Shown here piece after piece: positions 12,885-27,694 of a DNA stretch of 64,000 bases. Positions within the stretch are counted from its first letter, which is position 1. Each line of letters opens with the position of its first letter. The position numbers and the translations under genes are program-made. The DNA comes from Octopus sinensis (taxonomy: Eukaryota), in contig NC_043000.1 in NCBI RefSeq assembly GCF_006345805.1, forward strand, positions 64,666,001 through 64,730,000, read 5' to 3'. The notes beneath the pieces were generated by a model. The model made no database searches. It saw only the letters and a program-made list of their open reading frames with translations, and was not told where the DNA came from.

Positions 12885-13371
12885 CCGTAAATGCTTGAGT
12901 ATAGTCCGGCCTTGAGTATAATACGCAGGGGATTTTTAGGAGGCTGTACCTCTGAAAAACCTAAACCTTGTGTATAATACACACTCCTTCTTTAACTTGA
13001 GTCGTGCGTAATTAAACCAGCAGTACCTAGTTGAACAAACACTTCCGCGCATGCGTGGGAATGTAAATATGTTTGCAAATTGTTTTTATTACATGTTATT
13101 CTTTGTTCTGAATACTTTTATTTTAATAAATGTTGCTTATTGCAAGTTATGGATGATTCTTTTATGACTTCATTGCTTTCAGGCTTAGCTTAAGGTATTT
13201 TCACACCCGACATCACAAAATGCGTCTGAATAAACATTGCTGGACAGCAAATAGAGACTCGGACATTGCTTAGAAAATATTTTCATTTTTAACCTCATAT
13301 ATAGTATGCACTAGGGATTTTGACCTTTAAATTTTTGGGGAAAAATGCGGATTATACTTGAGGATTTATGG
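12885..13371. mobile_element. Non-autonomous pogo/Tc1-mariner MITE
   Basis: Imperfect TIRs CCGTAAATGCTTGAGTATAGTCCG / CGGATTATACTTGAGGATTTATGG with TA on both sides. Confidence 0.7.
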
Positions 13372-13849
13372 TACTGTGTCAGAATGATAGATAGTGAAGG
13401 CTTGGATAATCTCAATTTCTGATCAACAAATTTAAACAGAAATTATTGTTAATATTATTTCTCTTATAGGGTACTTTGTCTATTTCCACATTATTGCTAA
13501 CTCAATTTTGGCAGCATTTTTGAATATTGGTTAAAACAAAAGATGTTTCACTGGATTCTTGAGATTTATTAATTCAATTACATATTTATGTAATATTTAA
13601 CAAACATTACATTTGTCAGTTCATAAACTGAGAAAAATGCAGTGGTAAATATATCTGTTTGATTATGCATTTTCTGACAGACATAACTGCTTCTTTTTGC
13701 TTTTTCTTCTTTTTTTTTATATTTGTTAATATTATGATTTGCCACTGTTTTATGGCTAACCTAATTTCACACATCAGTTGATGTTGAATAAATGCTGTCG
13801 TTTCTTCCTTAATTTAGCAATGCAAAAGTAAGCAATATTTGACTGAAAC

Positions 13850-14250
13850 TGTGTGGCTGTGTGGTAAAAAGCTTACTTCCTAACCACATGGTTTGGGGCT
13901 CAGTCCCACTGCATGGCACCTTGGGCAGGTATCTTCAATTATAGGCTTGGGCCAACCAAAGCATTGTGAGTGGATTTGGTAGATGGAAATTGAAAGAAGC
14001 CTGTCACACACACACACATGTATATATTATTTGAGTGTGTCTATGTTTATCCCCCTGCCATCGCTTGACAACCGGTGCTGGTGTGTTTATGTCCCCGTAA
14101 CTTAGTGGTTTGGCAAAAGAGACTGATAGAATAAGTACTAGGCTTGCAAGGAATAAGTCCTGGGGTTGATTTCTTCAACTAAAATATCTTTCATGGCAGT
14201 ACTCCAGCATGGCCACAGTCAAATGACTGAAACAAGTAAAAGAATAAAAG
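13850..14250 (+). mobile_element. Dominant SINE, full length
   Basis: Same head/body/tail as 7745-8195. Confidence 0.8.
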
Positions 14251-17200
14251 ATTATGCAATTGAAAACTGGCATTCTATTTAGTGTAATGTTTTGATTGAT
14301 AGCTTACTTCTTATATTCTTGCTTGTTATTTTGTAAATGCTTCAAGAGTGTTTTAGGTTAACTATTTGGTGTAAATTTATTTCTTATGAAGATTCTTTGT
14401 TATCTATCATAATTATTCAACTGATTTTGGTTTCTTGTTGTCACTAAAGTTTCAATGTCGCTAAAGGTCAATGGAAATAGAATAAAAGGAATATAAAAGA
14501 ATTGAATGTAAAATATTGCTTACTTTTGCATTGATAACTTAAGGAAGAAACAACAGCATGTATTCAAAGTCAACTGATATGTGATATTAGGTTGGCCAGA
14601 GAGTGTGTGAGAATATGTCCAACCTTGAAATTATGAACCATGAAGCTGTGCATCAGATTCCAGTGAGTTAGGCATTGTACCATCAGCTTGTCCTGCTCTC
14701 TTTCCCCCCTTCCCTCTCTCTTCTTTTTCTTGCTCCTCTTCCTACTTATTGAATAAGTAATGTGATTGTACAACCAACCAATCATTCAAGAAGCCTGCAA
14801 CTCAGAGCCTTTCAAAAGAATTTTATCTGAGAGAATAAAGTTTCTTTTATACTTCCTTTCTTTATGTGAATGCTAGTCTTCAATATATGCAAACCTTTTC
14901 TGAGTTCCAAGGAAATTTTCAGATTCAAATGTTTCATCTGTACCCACCTCATATAGGCCCCATTTGCATGCCATACATTTAGTCAATGCTATACCTCTCA
15001 CATATAGAAAACTACCATATTATATTGAATATTTTATAGAAATGGATCCTGTATTATTTTCCCTGTAGTTTTCCGACCCTCACTCAAAGGTCAATAATAT
15101 AATGAAGAGAGGTGTGGGAGAACTGTAACCAAGCCTCAGAGAACATCAGAGTTTCTAAATTGTGGACAATGGAGAATCCTCTCAGTTCATGTTGCTATCG
15201 GCCAGTCTGAGAGGAAATTTTCAGTCCAAGACTTACAGACAGACAGAAGGTAGGCAACTTAGTGACAAGGTTCTTATACCAAACATATTTATTGTCAAGG
15301 CAACAACATTGATTTCCCTGAATTTTTCTAGGCTGAAAAAATACTGCTGTGTAACATATGAGATAGAGATTCTGGTAACTCTGGCTCAACAGAAACTATA
15401 CTAGTGGTCATTTAGAAGTGAGACTGTCACAAAGAGATGGAAGAAGTTAGCAACTGTTTCTATAATCTTTAAGATTTTGTTGATGTTGTTTCACCCTATG
15501 TCAACTCTGATCAAGTAGATTTATGATTAGAGGCTCATGAATGCGACTATTCCATCTTTACCTGTGTGCAGAGAACCTAGAACCAAATTATACAAATGTC
15601 CATTTTTAAGATGGTTTGGCTGTGATGTAAAGAAAATTTGGCTGCTATTTCTACAAGGTCAAGCAACTATATAGCAACTGCCTTGTTAACTCAGCCTTTG
15701 AAATGTATAAAGTAAGGGTGATAGATCAGTAGCTGGTATAGTTTGATAGGGGAACCTTTCTTGGAAATGGGCCACATTGCTGTGGGTTTCCATGGAATAG
15801 GATAGGTCCTTGGGAAAAGAGAAAGATGGAAAAGTCTGGTGAAGATAAGAGCTAGTTCAAGAGTTTACTATTAGAAAGTAATAGAAAGCTTACTTTCCTA
15901 AATATAAGGTATCTAAGTTTTCATACTTCATGATTAAAATGTACACATCGCTGAGGGAGATAGAGTGGGAACTATAGGAGAAGTTCTATTGTGTGAATTA
16001 AGCATGGAATGGGAAGCAAAATAGTCAGAACATATAATAGACTTTTTAGTGGGAATATTCTGTAAAGTCAGTATATATCTTCTTAGTAGAGAACCAAAGT
16101 TCTACTGTAATTTGGAAGGGAAAGGGAACTTCCAAACTATACAGTGTATGAAAGTTACCTTTGTTTTTCTGATAACGGGTCCATCTTTGCAGCATTATAG
16201 GTCTATGAGTGAATCAATGCACTGGGCTCTATAGTGTTTATTAACAGCTTACAATTGCATACATAGATCAGAACTGGGCCCTTAGACTCCTGAAGCCCCT
16301 GGACAACTGCCCTGTGTGCCCATGCCTTAATACGTAGTAGTTTTGCAGGCATTTCAATGGTGGGAAGATACCTCCCAATTGGTAAAGGCATTAAATTTTT
16401 CTAGTTACAGCAGGCAGTGTTCCTCACATGTCCTGCAGCAGTACAGCTGCAAATGAACCACTTGGGTGTTCTTGAGCGACTCATCATTCAAACAGAAATG
16501 ATTAGATAGCATTATTCTCTACTAATTTGGAATCTTCCCATAAATATAAACTTGAACACAGGTACATATGCAAATATGTGCATGTGTGTGTGTGTGTATT
16601 TGTCTGTACATATGTATACATGATTTCTCATTAAAACATTAAAAAAAGTTTAAAACCTAAATTTCAATCTTAATTTGTTTTAGTTTACATAATTTCTTGG
16701 CAGACGTTATATAATACTCTGATATGCGAAAATGGAATTAAGCTTATATAACTGAACTGTACCCACTTAAACATTCCACACTTTCAAAATATTCCTCACT
16801 GTCAGACTCCAGTGGTGTTAATCTAATTGAACAGCTTGTTTAGGTGATTGACCTTTACAGATCATTAGAACACTCAATTAAACACCTTTTATTATCTGTT
16901 GAAGACCAGAGGTACAGCAAGAAATGGCCTAGAGGGTGGTTGCCTCAGAGCACATATATATGAAGAGGCACAAAACTTCCTCAACCCTATCACCTCATTT
17001 TCACCAAGGCAGGTGTACCGAAAGTATCTTTGCCTTCAAGAACTGAGAACTGTTACACCACTGATCCTTCCATCACTGTTTTAACATGTTTCCTGAAGTT
17101 TATGCTTTACTGACAAGGTCATAATAATTCTGTATCATATCCAGAGTTGATTCCTGTATTTAGCAAAATAAATAAATAAAAATTTGTCACCGAATAATAT

Positions 17201-17510
17201 TGCTTTTTTTGTTTTTGTTTTTCTAGCCATACTCGTTGTCGTCATCATTTTAATATCCACTTTTCCATGCTTGCATCGGTCGGATGGAGTTTTATTGAAA
17301 CAGATTATTTATGATCAGATGCCCTCCCTGCTACCAACTCTCATCTGTTTCCAAGCCAAGATAATATTTCCTCATGACCAGACATGATTTGTAGAATATT
17401 GGAAATGAATAACACAGCTTGTATGACAGTGACGATCATTTAGAATTATCATGGGATGTCAAGGTATAAAACACACACATACTACTTACATATATATATG
17501 TATATACTTT

Positions 17511-17554
<44 letters not shown>

Positions 17555-17666
17555 AGACGAGCTTCTTTCAGTTTCCATCTACTAAATCCAATCACAAGGC
17601 TTTTAGGTTGGCCCAAGGCTGAAGTAGGAGACTCTTGCTTAAGGTGCCATGCATGTAGTTATGAAA

Positions 17667-17876
<210 letters not shown>

Positions 17877-18899
17877 TGTTTGCCTTCTCTAACTTCATAT
17901 TGAGCAATTACTCCCCACCCCTTTCTGCCAATCTATATTAGCAATATTTGCTTGCAGTATTTTAGAACATTATGTAGCTACAGAAGGATGGATGGTGTTC
18001 ATGATCTCTGTAACCTTCTCAGCCAGCTGAAGTTAATGAGATTTGATTCCATTGAATAGCTTGAATTTCTGTTCGCTTGATGGATGCTTCTTAGCGTGGG
18101 GGTAGGGGTGAAGGAGAGAACTGAGACTAGGAGTATTAAAACTATATTGATTAACAAACATTGAGGAGTCTGTAAACAGATAAAACAACTAATGAATGAT
18201 AAACAAGTTTATTGTTGCTTTATATGGTGTCTCTCACACTTCCAAATTTATATTTGAAATCCAATATTGATGAATATCTTATCAGCTTCATTGATTGTTC
18301 CACATCCCACCCAAGATTTAGGTGGCTGAGCCATACAAGAAGGATAAAGGGGATTCACAATATCTCCATCAGTGCAAGTTAACTGCTGTTCTACTGAGGC
18401 CTAACCATAGCATTTTTGTATATGTTCACTATTTTCTAGGGTTCATGGATCCTTCACCAGGTCCTTAATGCTGTTACACATTGTCATCATGAGGTGGCTG
18501 CTAAGTGATCCAGTAGGTAAAGTTAGCTAATACCAATCATGTTGAACCAGTAGAGAAAACTAAGAGAGATTCAAACCTGGCATCTGGATGAGGATGTTAG
18601 TCCTGTTTCTGGACCCACACCTCCAAGGAACGATAAATGAAATAATAGCAAAATAGTTTCATCAAATATCATAGAAGTAGGAATTGCTTGACTATATGTA
18701 TAGTATTTTACAGCAGGCAATTTTTGGTGATTCCACATATATATTTCACTGATATCAATTTAGTACCATGTCCAAAGATGTATCCCAGATCTATGAACCC
18801 AATTAACATTTTGTCAATTAATTTTGTGTTAGAATTTAGTTCATTTACTTTAATTTTATTTATCTAGTGATCTGTGGATAATAGCATTATTGATTACAG

Positions 18900-19005
18900 G
18901 TTTCTCAAAGAGCCAGTCACTGGATTGTTGTATTGTCAATGCATGAGTGACAAAGAAATATCTAATTTGCTGCAGGACAAATATCTCAAGCGATTTTGTT
19001 TGTGA
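18900..19005 (+). CDS. Candidate 3'-terminal coding exon of an unidentified gene (FLKEPVTGLLYCQCMSDKEISNLLQDKYLKRFCL*)
   Basis: Acceptor ttattgattacag| followed by 34 open codons to TGA in non-repetitive sequence. No homology recognised and no upstream exon linked. Confidence 0.3.
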
Positions 19006-19070
19006 AGCACCTGTTCTTCAGTTTTCACTGATATAGCATCTGTCACTGATATACAATGTTGACATACATA

Positions 19071-19676
19071 CAGTTGCCCCCAGAATTATTCATACTCTTG
19101 TTAATTTTTGGGATGACAGCATTTTGTCAAGTTTGTTTATCAGTTATATGTGACCAACAAGTGAAAGAATAACAGCAATACACAATTCAAGAAATTCTTC
19201 ATTTCAGGGGTATCTTATTCATAGATTTTCAAAAGATGCCATGTTCAAAATTATTTTCAATGGTAGGTTTACTGAGGCTAATGTTTTCCTTTAATAATCA
19301 ATAGCATAGCCTTGGTTTTTTTATGACTGCTTCTAGACAATTCATGTACATGTCCACAAGCTTCCTGCATCTCTCCTGTGGGATATTGGTCCATTCTTTT
19401 TTGGTGAAAGCCTCGAACTGGGTCACATTTCTCGGTTTCCTAGCCATCACTCTGGTCTTCAACTTTTACCACAAGTTCTCGATCGAATTCAGGTCAGGAC
19501 TCTGACTTGGCCATTCTAGGACATTGACATCATTGTCCTTGAACCATTTCTTCACTACCTTGGCAGTATGTTTCGGATCATTGTCCTGCTGGACTTCCAG
19601 TTGCAGCCAAGTTGAAGTTTTTCAGTGGATTCCTTCACGTTTTCATCAAAGATTCTGATGTAATCCTCTTTTCATG
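19071..19676 (-). mobile_element. Tc1-like transposon, 3' half
   Basis: Minus strand reads [69 protein letters not shown] at 19071 after TA. Confidence 0.9.
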
Positions 19677-20028
19677 GTAGAAGTCCTTCTGTTTTTGTAT
19701 TTAGCTATTACTTTTAGACAAGTGAAAACAAAAATAACATATTTATAAAATGATGATGATTAATTTATGGTAGAGTCCCATCTCAATCAAAATCAATCTT
19801 TTTGCTACATAATAAATCCTCAAACAAATTGAAACACATTTCTGATTAAAAGAATTTGTTCTCAAAATATATCAAGCTGTACATTCACTATTTCTTCAGA
19901 ACCCTTTGTGAGTTCTTTGTATCAAATCTGGTGGACCACTGAGATTCAGTTAGTCTTTTAGGTTTGGACTCTAGTAGGTTTTTCTCTTCAAGAAATCAAA
20001 AAAGTTTCATGTACCTCTATGTAGAGGA

Positions 20029-20070
<42 letters not shown>

Positions 20071-20117
20071 TCTGAATGAAATCCAAAAAAGAAACTGCCC
20101 CAGAACAACAAAATTAA

Positions 20118-20344
20118 CCTTTTTGATACCAACTCACTCGAGACTGCCACTGGGTCTATGATACAGACTTCTTGTTTTAAACTAATTTAAATTAAAACCT
20201 TCCCTCAAAGTTTCATGCTAATTTAGGTTTGAAGCACCAACTAAAAATTATCTCAAAATATTATTGCACTAAGTTCTTCGTTTATTTTCAAAATTAATTG
20301 TAACATTAGCAATGTATTTTAAATGAAACACAGTGACAAAAGGG
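20118..20344. mobile_element. TTAA-flanked (piggyBac-type) MITE
   Basis: TTAA|CCTTTTTGATAC ... GTGACAAAAGGG|TTTA termini. Confidence 0.55.
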
Positions 20345-23300
20345 TTTACAGAATGGCAAAAACTGGGAATGAGTGTTGCACATTTAGTTGCGTGATTCTA
20401 CTCTGAATACCTGTATGTGTTCATCATCATCATCACCATCATCATTTAGTATCCATTTTCCATGCTGACATAAGTAAGATGATTTGACTGGTGCTGGCAA
20501 GGCTGACAGTCAAACTAGGTTCCATTGTCTGTTTTGGCTTGATTTCTATGGCCAGATGCCCTTCCTAATACCATCCACTCCACAGAGTGAACTGGGTGTC
20601 TTTTATGTCTCATTGGCATGGGTGCTTTTTATGTGTCACAGGCACAAATGCCTTTTATGTGCCACCAGCACATGTTGGCTATATATTTATATATATTACT
20701 TGTGCTATCAAAAGACTCTCAGAAACGATCAAGGATATCAGATATTGCAATTTATTCCATATCTATATTACAATAATACAATAGTATGTTCTTACCTACC
20801 TACCTCTTGCATAATGTTAAGAGAAGTAACTTAAATAGAGAAAGATACAAAGGTGAGGGAGAGGGAGAGATAGATAGAGATATGTGCAAGAGGAAGAGTG
20901 TGTAAGTGAAGGAAGTGGGGGTGTAAGCATGAATACAAAGGAGTAGTGCCGGAATATCATGATGTTACAAAGTTTGTGACATCACTGCATCTTTAGTTAT
21001 TGTATTTTATTTTTCTCTCTCTGTCTGTCTCTTGCCTTCTCTCCTTGTTTGTAGTGTTTCTGAATTGTATTTTAGTATACAAAAGAAATATTTTGCCACA
21101 AGAATAGAAAATAGTGCTAAGATTTTCTGTATGCATTTATGTTTGCCTGCTTGTGTATTACACACACACACACACACATGCACACACACACACACGCATG
21201 TATGTAGGAGTGTGTATAAATACATATGTAAAGGTTAAACCAGGAGTTTAACTAAAGACACCGTTGTGTCAAGCATATTAAATATAATAAGGTAATTGTT
21301 GTGAGTATAATTGATCTAGGTTAATTAATTAAGCATGGTATTTATATATTTTTATACATTTAGTCTTTTAGCTATGCAGGGGCAATGACTTCAAGGTCTT
21401 ATTCAAGCATATCATCTCCAGTTATTACTTTAAAGTTCGGTATATATTTCCTCAATGACTTTATTGAACTTCTGTGTCATTTCAACAGCCTCATGGATTT
21501 AAATACCATTAAAATCAATACATACACACACACACATATGCATTCATGTGTGTGTGTATATATATGTATATATACATCATTATCACCATCATCATCATCA
21601 TCAGCAGCAGCAGCATTATCATCATCATTTAACATCTGTTTTCCAGAGCTGGTAAGGCCGAGGGCTACACCAAGTTCTATTGTCTGTTCTGAAATGATTC
21701 CTGTGGCTGGATATCCTTCCTAATGCCAATCACTCCACAGAATGTATTGGGTGCTTTTTATGTGGCACCAACACCAGTGCATTTAACATGGCACAAGCAT
21801 GGGCGCTCTTTATGTGACACCAGTATCAGTGCTTTTTATGTGGCATCAGCACCAGTATCAATTCTGCTGTGGTGGATGGGTCTCCTCGAGTCATCATAAT
21901 CATCATCACTATTTTAACTGATTTCACTCTTCCTTCCTTGCATGGATCACATGGAATGCATTGAGCCAGATTTTACATGACTGGATGCCTTCTTATTGCC
22001 AACACTCACCTGTTTTTAAGTAAGGTAATATTCCCCATGGTGGATAAATGAAGAACACAACATGGACACCACTTGTTTACAACTATCATACAATGTCAAG
22101 ACAAGGAGACACAAACATATGCACATATATATACAATGGGCTTCTTCTAGTTTTCATTGACAAAATCCACTCACATTGTTTTGGTGGACCCAGAGCTATA
22201 GTAAAAAGCATTTTCCCAAGGTGCCATGCAAGACTGAACCTGAAAGTATGTAATTAGAAAGGAAACATATTCAGGGGCTTCCTGTTGTTAATTAAAAAAA
22301 CATTTCCCCGGAGGTCATAAGTATTACAAACTCTTCAACCCCATAACGTCAAGGTGAGCTACTCCTGCTTAGACAACATCACTTCTAACATTGTACACAT
22401 CAACAGACATAAAAACGCACCCTCACAACCACCAAACTCAACCTGCAACCGTTGAAACCTCACCACCTGTCTGCTAGAAGGATCCTGCCTCTCAAGGGCT
22501 GTAGCATACAGAGCCACCCTTACACCATCTGATGGCATCACTAGGTTAGTAGCATTGAACATAAATTAGTAGAAAAAAGTTATGAGGTGAAATCTCATGA
22601 AATTTATTGTCAGTAAGTGAGGAAGTAATTAGTAATGCTTCAAGGAATAATGTTAAAATAAGAATATATTTCTAAAATGAATGTTTGCATTTTATGGCAG
22701 TGAGTTGGCAGAAACATTAACGTGCTGGGTGAAATGTTTAGTGGTATTTTGTCTGTCTTTCATTCTGAGTTCAAATTCCTCCGAGGTTGACTTTACCTTT
22801 CATATATTTTGCTTTTTTAATGAAATATTTAGAATTATTTTTAATATGCTGTTGAATTAGGGTAAGTTTAACTTTTATTATTAATTTTCTCTTTCAGCTT
22901 TAATTAACTTGCAGAAAGCTTGTTTTGCTTTTCATTTTTAGTTGCTTCCCTTTTCTTTTTAGTTAATTATTTTATCAGGCTAGTTCATTAATGTGTTATA
23001 TGCTTCAAATATGTGCATCTAAATTTATTGGGGCAGGAATATAGTCATTTTTGGCTATGTCCCTATGGGCAGACCTGAAGGCATGTAGTAAGGCTGTCCA
23101 TAAAATTGGTTAAAAGTGCTTTATTCTAAATTTACTTTCTAAATTTCAAAATTAATTAAAAGGGATTTTTCATAAATCAAATTTATATTAATGGGATGTA
23201 GGTAATTTTAACTTGTGTATACCTGATAAGCTTTTATAATTACTGTTGTACTGAATAATTATTGATAGATTTAGATTAGCAACAGTCAGTGCTATTATCA

Positions 23301-23617
23301 CCAACTCAAAATCTAGGTTACTTAAGGTGAGTCTGGTAACTGATGGTTTTTGGGGTCTTGTTTGTAACTTATGGTGAGCCATGGTGCAACCAACAAGATG
23401 GTAAAATTCCCTGCCATTAATTTGGTGCAGATGGGTAATATCAAATAATTCAATCACAACATATATTTAAACTAAACACGAAAAAAATTGAAATAGTATC
23501 ATCACTTACATGGAAAAATTGAAATATTATCTTTCAGTATTTTATAAGTTAAAATCCTAAATTATTAATTGACACATTATTAATTATCTTATAACAGCAA
23601 GCCTGGAAAAATCATAG

Positions 23618-24121
23618 ATTACATGGAAAAATACGAGCATGAAAAATAATATTTGTAAGATTATAAACCTGGAAAAGTACAAGGCAAGTTATTATACCTG
23701 GAAAATTATAGGACAAGCTATTACTTCTAGTAAAGTAAAGAATAAGAAACTTTTTACTTAAAATATTGCAGCTAAAATTAAAATTTGAATTATAGTTTAC
23801 AAATAACACTCTACTTATTTAAGTAGAATTTGGCTAATTTACTACCTTAAATACAGAAAAAAGTGACTAATTAGACAAACTTACAAATTAGCTGATCAGT
23901 TTTGTACAATAAATTTAAAAGATGAGAACTGTAAATAGTGATAAATTAGAAGAACTGGCATTCTTTGCTGCAATATTTTAAGTAAAAAGTTTCTTATTCT
24001 TTACTTTACTTGAAGTAATAGCTTGTCCTATACTTTTCCAGATGTAATAACTTGGCCTGTATTTTTCCAGGTTTATAATCTTAAGAATATTACTTTTCAT
24101 GCTCGCATTTCTCCATGTAAT
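23618..24121. repeat. Fold-back element with 155-bp inverted arms containing internal sub-repeats
   Basis: 23618-23772 versus 23967-24121: about 12 mismatches by manual alignment. Repeated motif (A)C(C/A)TGGAAAA(A/G)T. Confidence 0.85.
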
Positions 24122-24597
24122 ATTATTGCTAGATTATGCTTTTCATTGTTTCCTTCTTTATGTGAAGGGAAAAAGAATAGGTAACTATTGTATAACAGAA
24201 AATATAGCTTTCAGAGGCATTGTTTCCTAAGACTGCCCACTCAATACTTCCTGTGTGAAGTTTTACACCATTTAAAAAGAACCAAATGTTTCAAACAACA
24301 TACTATCTCATAAACTTCCAACAGTTTTCAAAATTATTGTGGAATTTCCACTGTTACTACAAGTATGAAATAAATACATTAGCCATTTTAATTCTTATGT
24401 GTCCAGGAGAATTAAGAAAGAACCATTCAGTTGGTTCTGTTCTCTCGAAAAACTTCAATACAACAGTAAGTTGATGAGTACAACTGTAATCTTCAGCAAA
24501 ATCAAGTTGAAGTAAAACACTTCGTTATTTATGCATGAATAACTAATTTATTCAAAACTTGACCTATAATGATTTATGTTTTCTCACATATCTTTTC

Positions 24598-24933
24598 TTT
24601 TATCTTTTACTTGTTTCAGTCATTTGACTGCTGTCATGCTGGGGTACTGCCTTGGGGAATTTTTAGTCAAATGAACTGACCTCAGTACTTATTTTTTAAA
24701 TCCTGGTACTTATTCTATCAGTCTCTTTTGCTGAACTGCTAAGCTGTGGGGATATAAACACACCAGCATCATTATCAAATGGTGGTGGTGGGACAAACAA
24801 CAACACAAAGACACACAGACATAGATATGTATGTATATGTGTGTGTGTGTATGTATGTATGTATGTATGTATGTATGTATGTATGTATGTATGTATGTAT
24901 GTATGTATGTAGTATGTATGTATGTATATATAT

Positions 24934-24967
<34 letters not shown>

Positions 24968-25330
24968 AATACACGCACACACACATATGTCTATATGTAT
25001 GTGTATATATATATATCTAATATAGGATAAAATTTTCCGAAAAAAATTCTTTCAATGGCCAGCATATTAAAAAATACCTTTAAAGGTTAAATTTATTAGA
25101 ATGGTATTAGAATTTTTTTCTTTTGCCCTTGTTTATAAGTTCATTCATCATCGTGTGCACACACACACTGGATTTCTTTAAATTTTCCGTTTACCAAATC
25201 CACTCTCAAGACTTTGGTCAGTCCAAGGCTATAGAAGAAGACACTTGTCCAAAGGGTGCCATGCAGTGGGACTGAACCCAGAACCATATGGTTGGAAGGC
25301 AAGCTTCTTAGCACGTAGCCATGCTTGCAC
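24598..25330 (-). mobile_element. Dominant SINE (minus) with expanded internal microsatellite
   Basis: 3' body at 24598-24830, (TATG)n/(TA)n block, 5' head at 25160-25330. Confidence 0.75.
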
Positions 25331-25559
25331 CTGGTGGAAGATAAATAATTAGTGTGTCTGTATTCTTTTTTAACATGTAATTTTGTGTCCTGTGTTAGGA
25401 ATATATCATATTCAGTAATGAGTTCTAAGAGTTTGAGGTAGTTGCTATTCTGAGATGAACCAAAGTTGTAGCTGTCAGCTCTGAAAACCAAATAATGTCC
25501 TGACAATATCTTTATCATGCAAACAAAGTCTATAAAACACATTTCCCAGACTTTTTGGT

Positions 25560-25975
25560 TAGGAGCTTGCTTCTCAACCACATGGTTGTGGGCTCAGTCC
25601 TACTGCATGGTACTTTGGGCAAGCATCTTCTATTATAACCTCAGGTTGACCAAAGCCTTGTGAGTGGATTTGGTAGACAGAAACTGAAAGATGCTCATCA
25701 CATATATATTTATATATATATGTGTGTGTGTGTGTGTATGTATATATTTATGTGTGTGTCTTTGTATCTGTATTTGTCTCCCCACCATCTCTTGACAACC
25801 GATGTTGGTGTGTTTATATCCCTGTAACTTAGTAACTCAGCAAAAGAGACCAATAGAATAAGTACTAGGCTTATAAAGAATAAGTCCTGGGGTTGATTTG
25901 TTTGACTAAAAAATATCTTTCAAGGTGGTGCTCCAGCATGGCCACAGTCAAATGACTGAAACAAGTGAAAGAATA
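25560..25975 (+). mobile_element. Dominant SINE (plus), near full length
   Basis: Same consensus; inverted relative to the adjacent 24598-25330 copy. Confidence 0.8.
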
Positions 25976-26549
25976 AGTTCTTTAATTTCTTTTTTGTATT
26001 GTAAATCAACATGTCCATGAATATCAGTTCGCCAAGCAAAATTACTGTCAGCACTCGTATGGCCTTTTGATTTTCCATGTTCACATAACCTTTTGCTAGC
26101 AGTGGTTCTAATCATTAAACCATGACATGCCAGAGTGATTGAAGATGTATTAAAGCAATTTACATTCAAAACAACAAATTCTTCCTGTATTTTTTGAATA
26201 GCATAATCACTTCCTTTCAGTAGTTTCACCATTAGCTAACATTCTAAAAAAACATTTCCATTGTACATCATCTACCAGTATTCATTGAATATCTTAATCC
26301 TTTTTGTTTCATTGAGTCCAAGCCATTGTGTATTGTATTTCTCTTTCTTATTCAACAGAAGTAATTGGGAAAGACTTCTCTCCAATGTCTTTACTCAATT
26401 TGCAATCAACAGAAGCATGTTCTGTTTCAGATGTAGCTACTGCAGTTTCTCAATTACATATGGTTGAACTACTATATTGTCTGTAGGTGTAGTTGCTCTC
26501 AATGAACAGCTTTGTATTGCCTGCTCTCCAGTTTCAGTAGATACAACAT

Positions 26550-26667
26550 CTATTCTTCAAGAATTGTGTTATCTGTTGTTTTAGCCAGATCAATCATCAT
26601 ATGATAAGCTTCTCTATCCCACTTTCTTTTTTCCTGCTCAATTAGATGAGACCATTCCATGGTTTGT
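26550..26667 (-). CDS. Probable 3'-terminal coding exon of an unidentified gene (QTMEWSHLIEQEKRKWDREAYHMMIDLAKTTDNTILEE*)
   Basis: Strong acceptor tttttctttacatttttttgttttgtttctag|, 1-nt phase, then 38 sense codons and TAG (26552-26550). Protein-like composition in unique sequence. Confidence 0.55.
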
Positions 26668-27433
26668 CTAGAAACAAAACAAAAAAAATGTAAAGAAAAA
26701 AAGAAGCAATCCAATGATACCAACCTTTTAGCATTCCTGTTATTTGAAAAATAAACTACAGTGAAAATCCATTATTATGCGTTCATTGAAAAATATTGAA
26801 CGGGCAGAATTTTGATAAACTCCAGTAAAATAACTAGCTTACAGAATAAAGGAATTAGGAGATCAATAAACTCTAAATGTGATTTATGGTTAGTTATTGT
26901 TTAGAATTGTGTACAATGCCAACAATTAATATCTAAATATCTAATTCATTGATTATTATAAGCTTTATAAGTAAATGGTAGCCAAGAGAAAAGGTTACTT
27001 TTTCAAAGAATAATAAATAAAAGGTATTTTTTAAAGACATATTTTGAGTTGAGGAGCTAAAGTCTTGTGGTCCTGTGCAACTGTGTTATTTATATGGCCT
27101 TAAATATGACCTTACTGTAGATGATTCATATAAAGATTTTTAAAAATCCCTTGTGTATATCTCAGTTTTATAACAAGTGCACTGTGTTGTAAAAAGTAAC
27201 TAACTGGTTGAAAACAGGAAAGGTATCCAGCTATAAAATACTACCTCTGAAAACTTGTCCAACACTTGCTAACATGGATGTAAAATGATGATGATGATGA
27301 TGATGATGTAGTGATTTGAAAGAATGGTTACTCATTGCTTTATCAGAACTGCAAACCAAAGCACAGCCTTTATGCTATGTTTTCACCACTGAAACCTGTG
27401 AACTCTATTTCTCATAAACACTCTCAGCTAAAG

Positions 27434-27694
27434 CAGTGATTCTCAATTATGTTTTTTTTCCTATGGACCCCTTTGATACTCCTGTTATACTTGAATGGAC
27501 CCTCAGAACCATTTGACATTTTAAAAAATCCTGTTATATATTTATAATTAGATATTGTTAGGAATTGTACAAAAAAAAATATTAAAATATTTTGTGTATT
27601 GTTGAAGTGTAACCAATTTAATGCAGATAAATTTTAACAGCAACATCTTATATGGAACCCCAAAGGTCATGTGGACCCTGGTTGAAAACCTCTG
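27434..27694. mobile_element. hAT (Charlie-like) MITE
   Basis: TIRs CAGTGATTCTCAA / TTGAAAACCTCTG. 8-bp flanks AGCTAAAG / AGCTAACA (6/8). Related copies at 46277-46789 and ~41510-41825. Confidence 0.75.
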
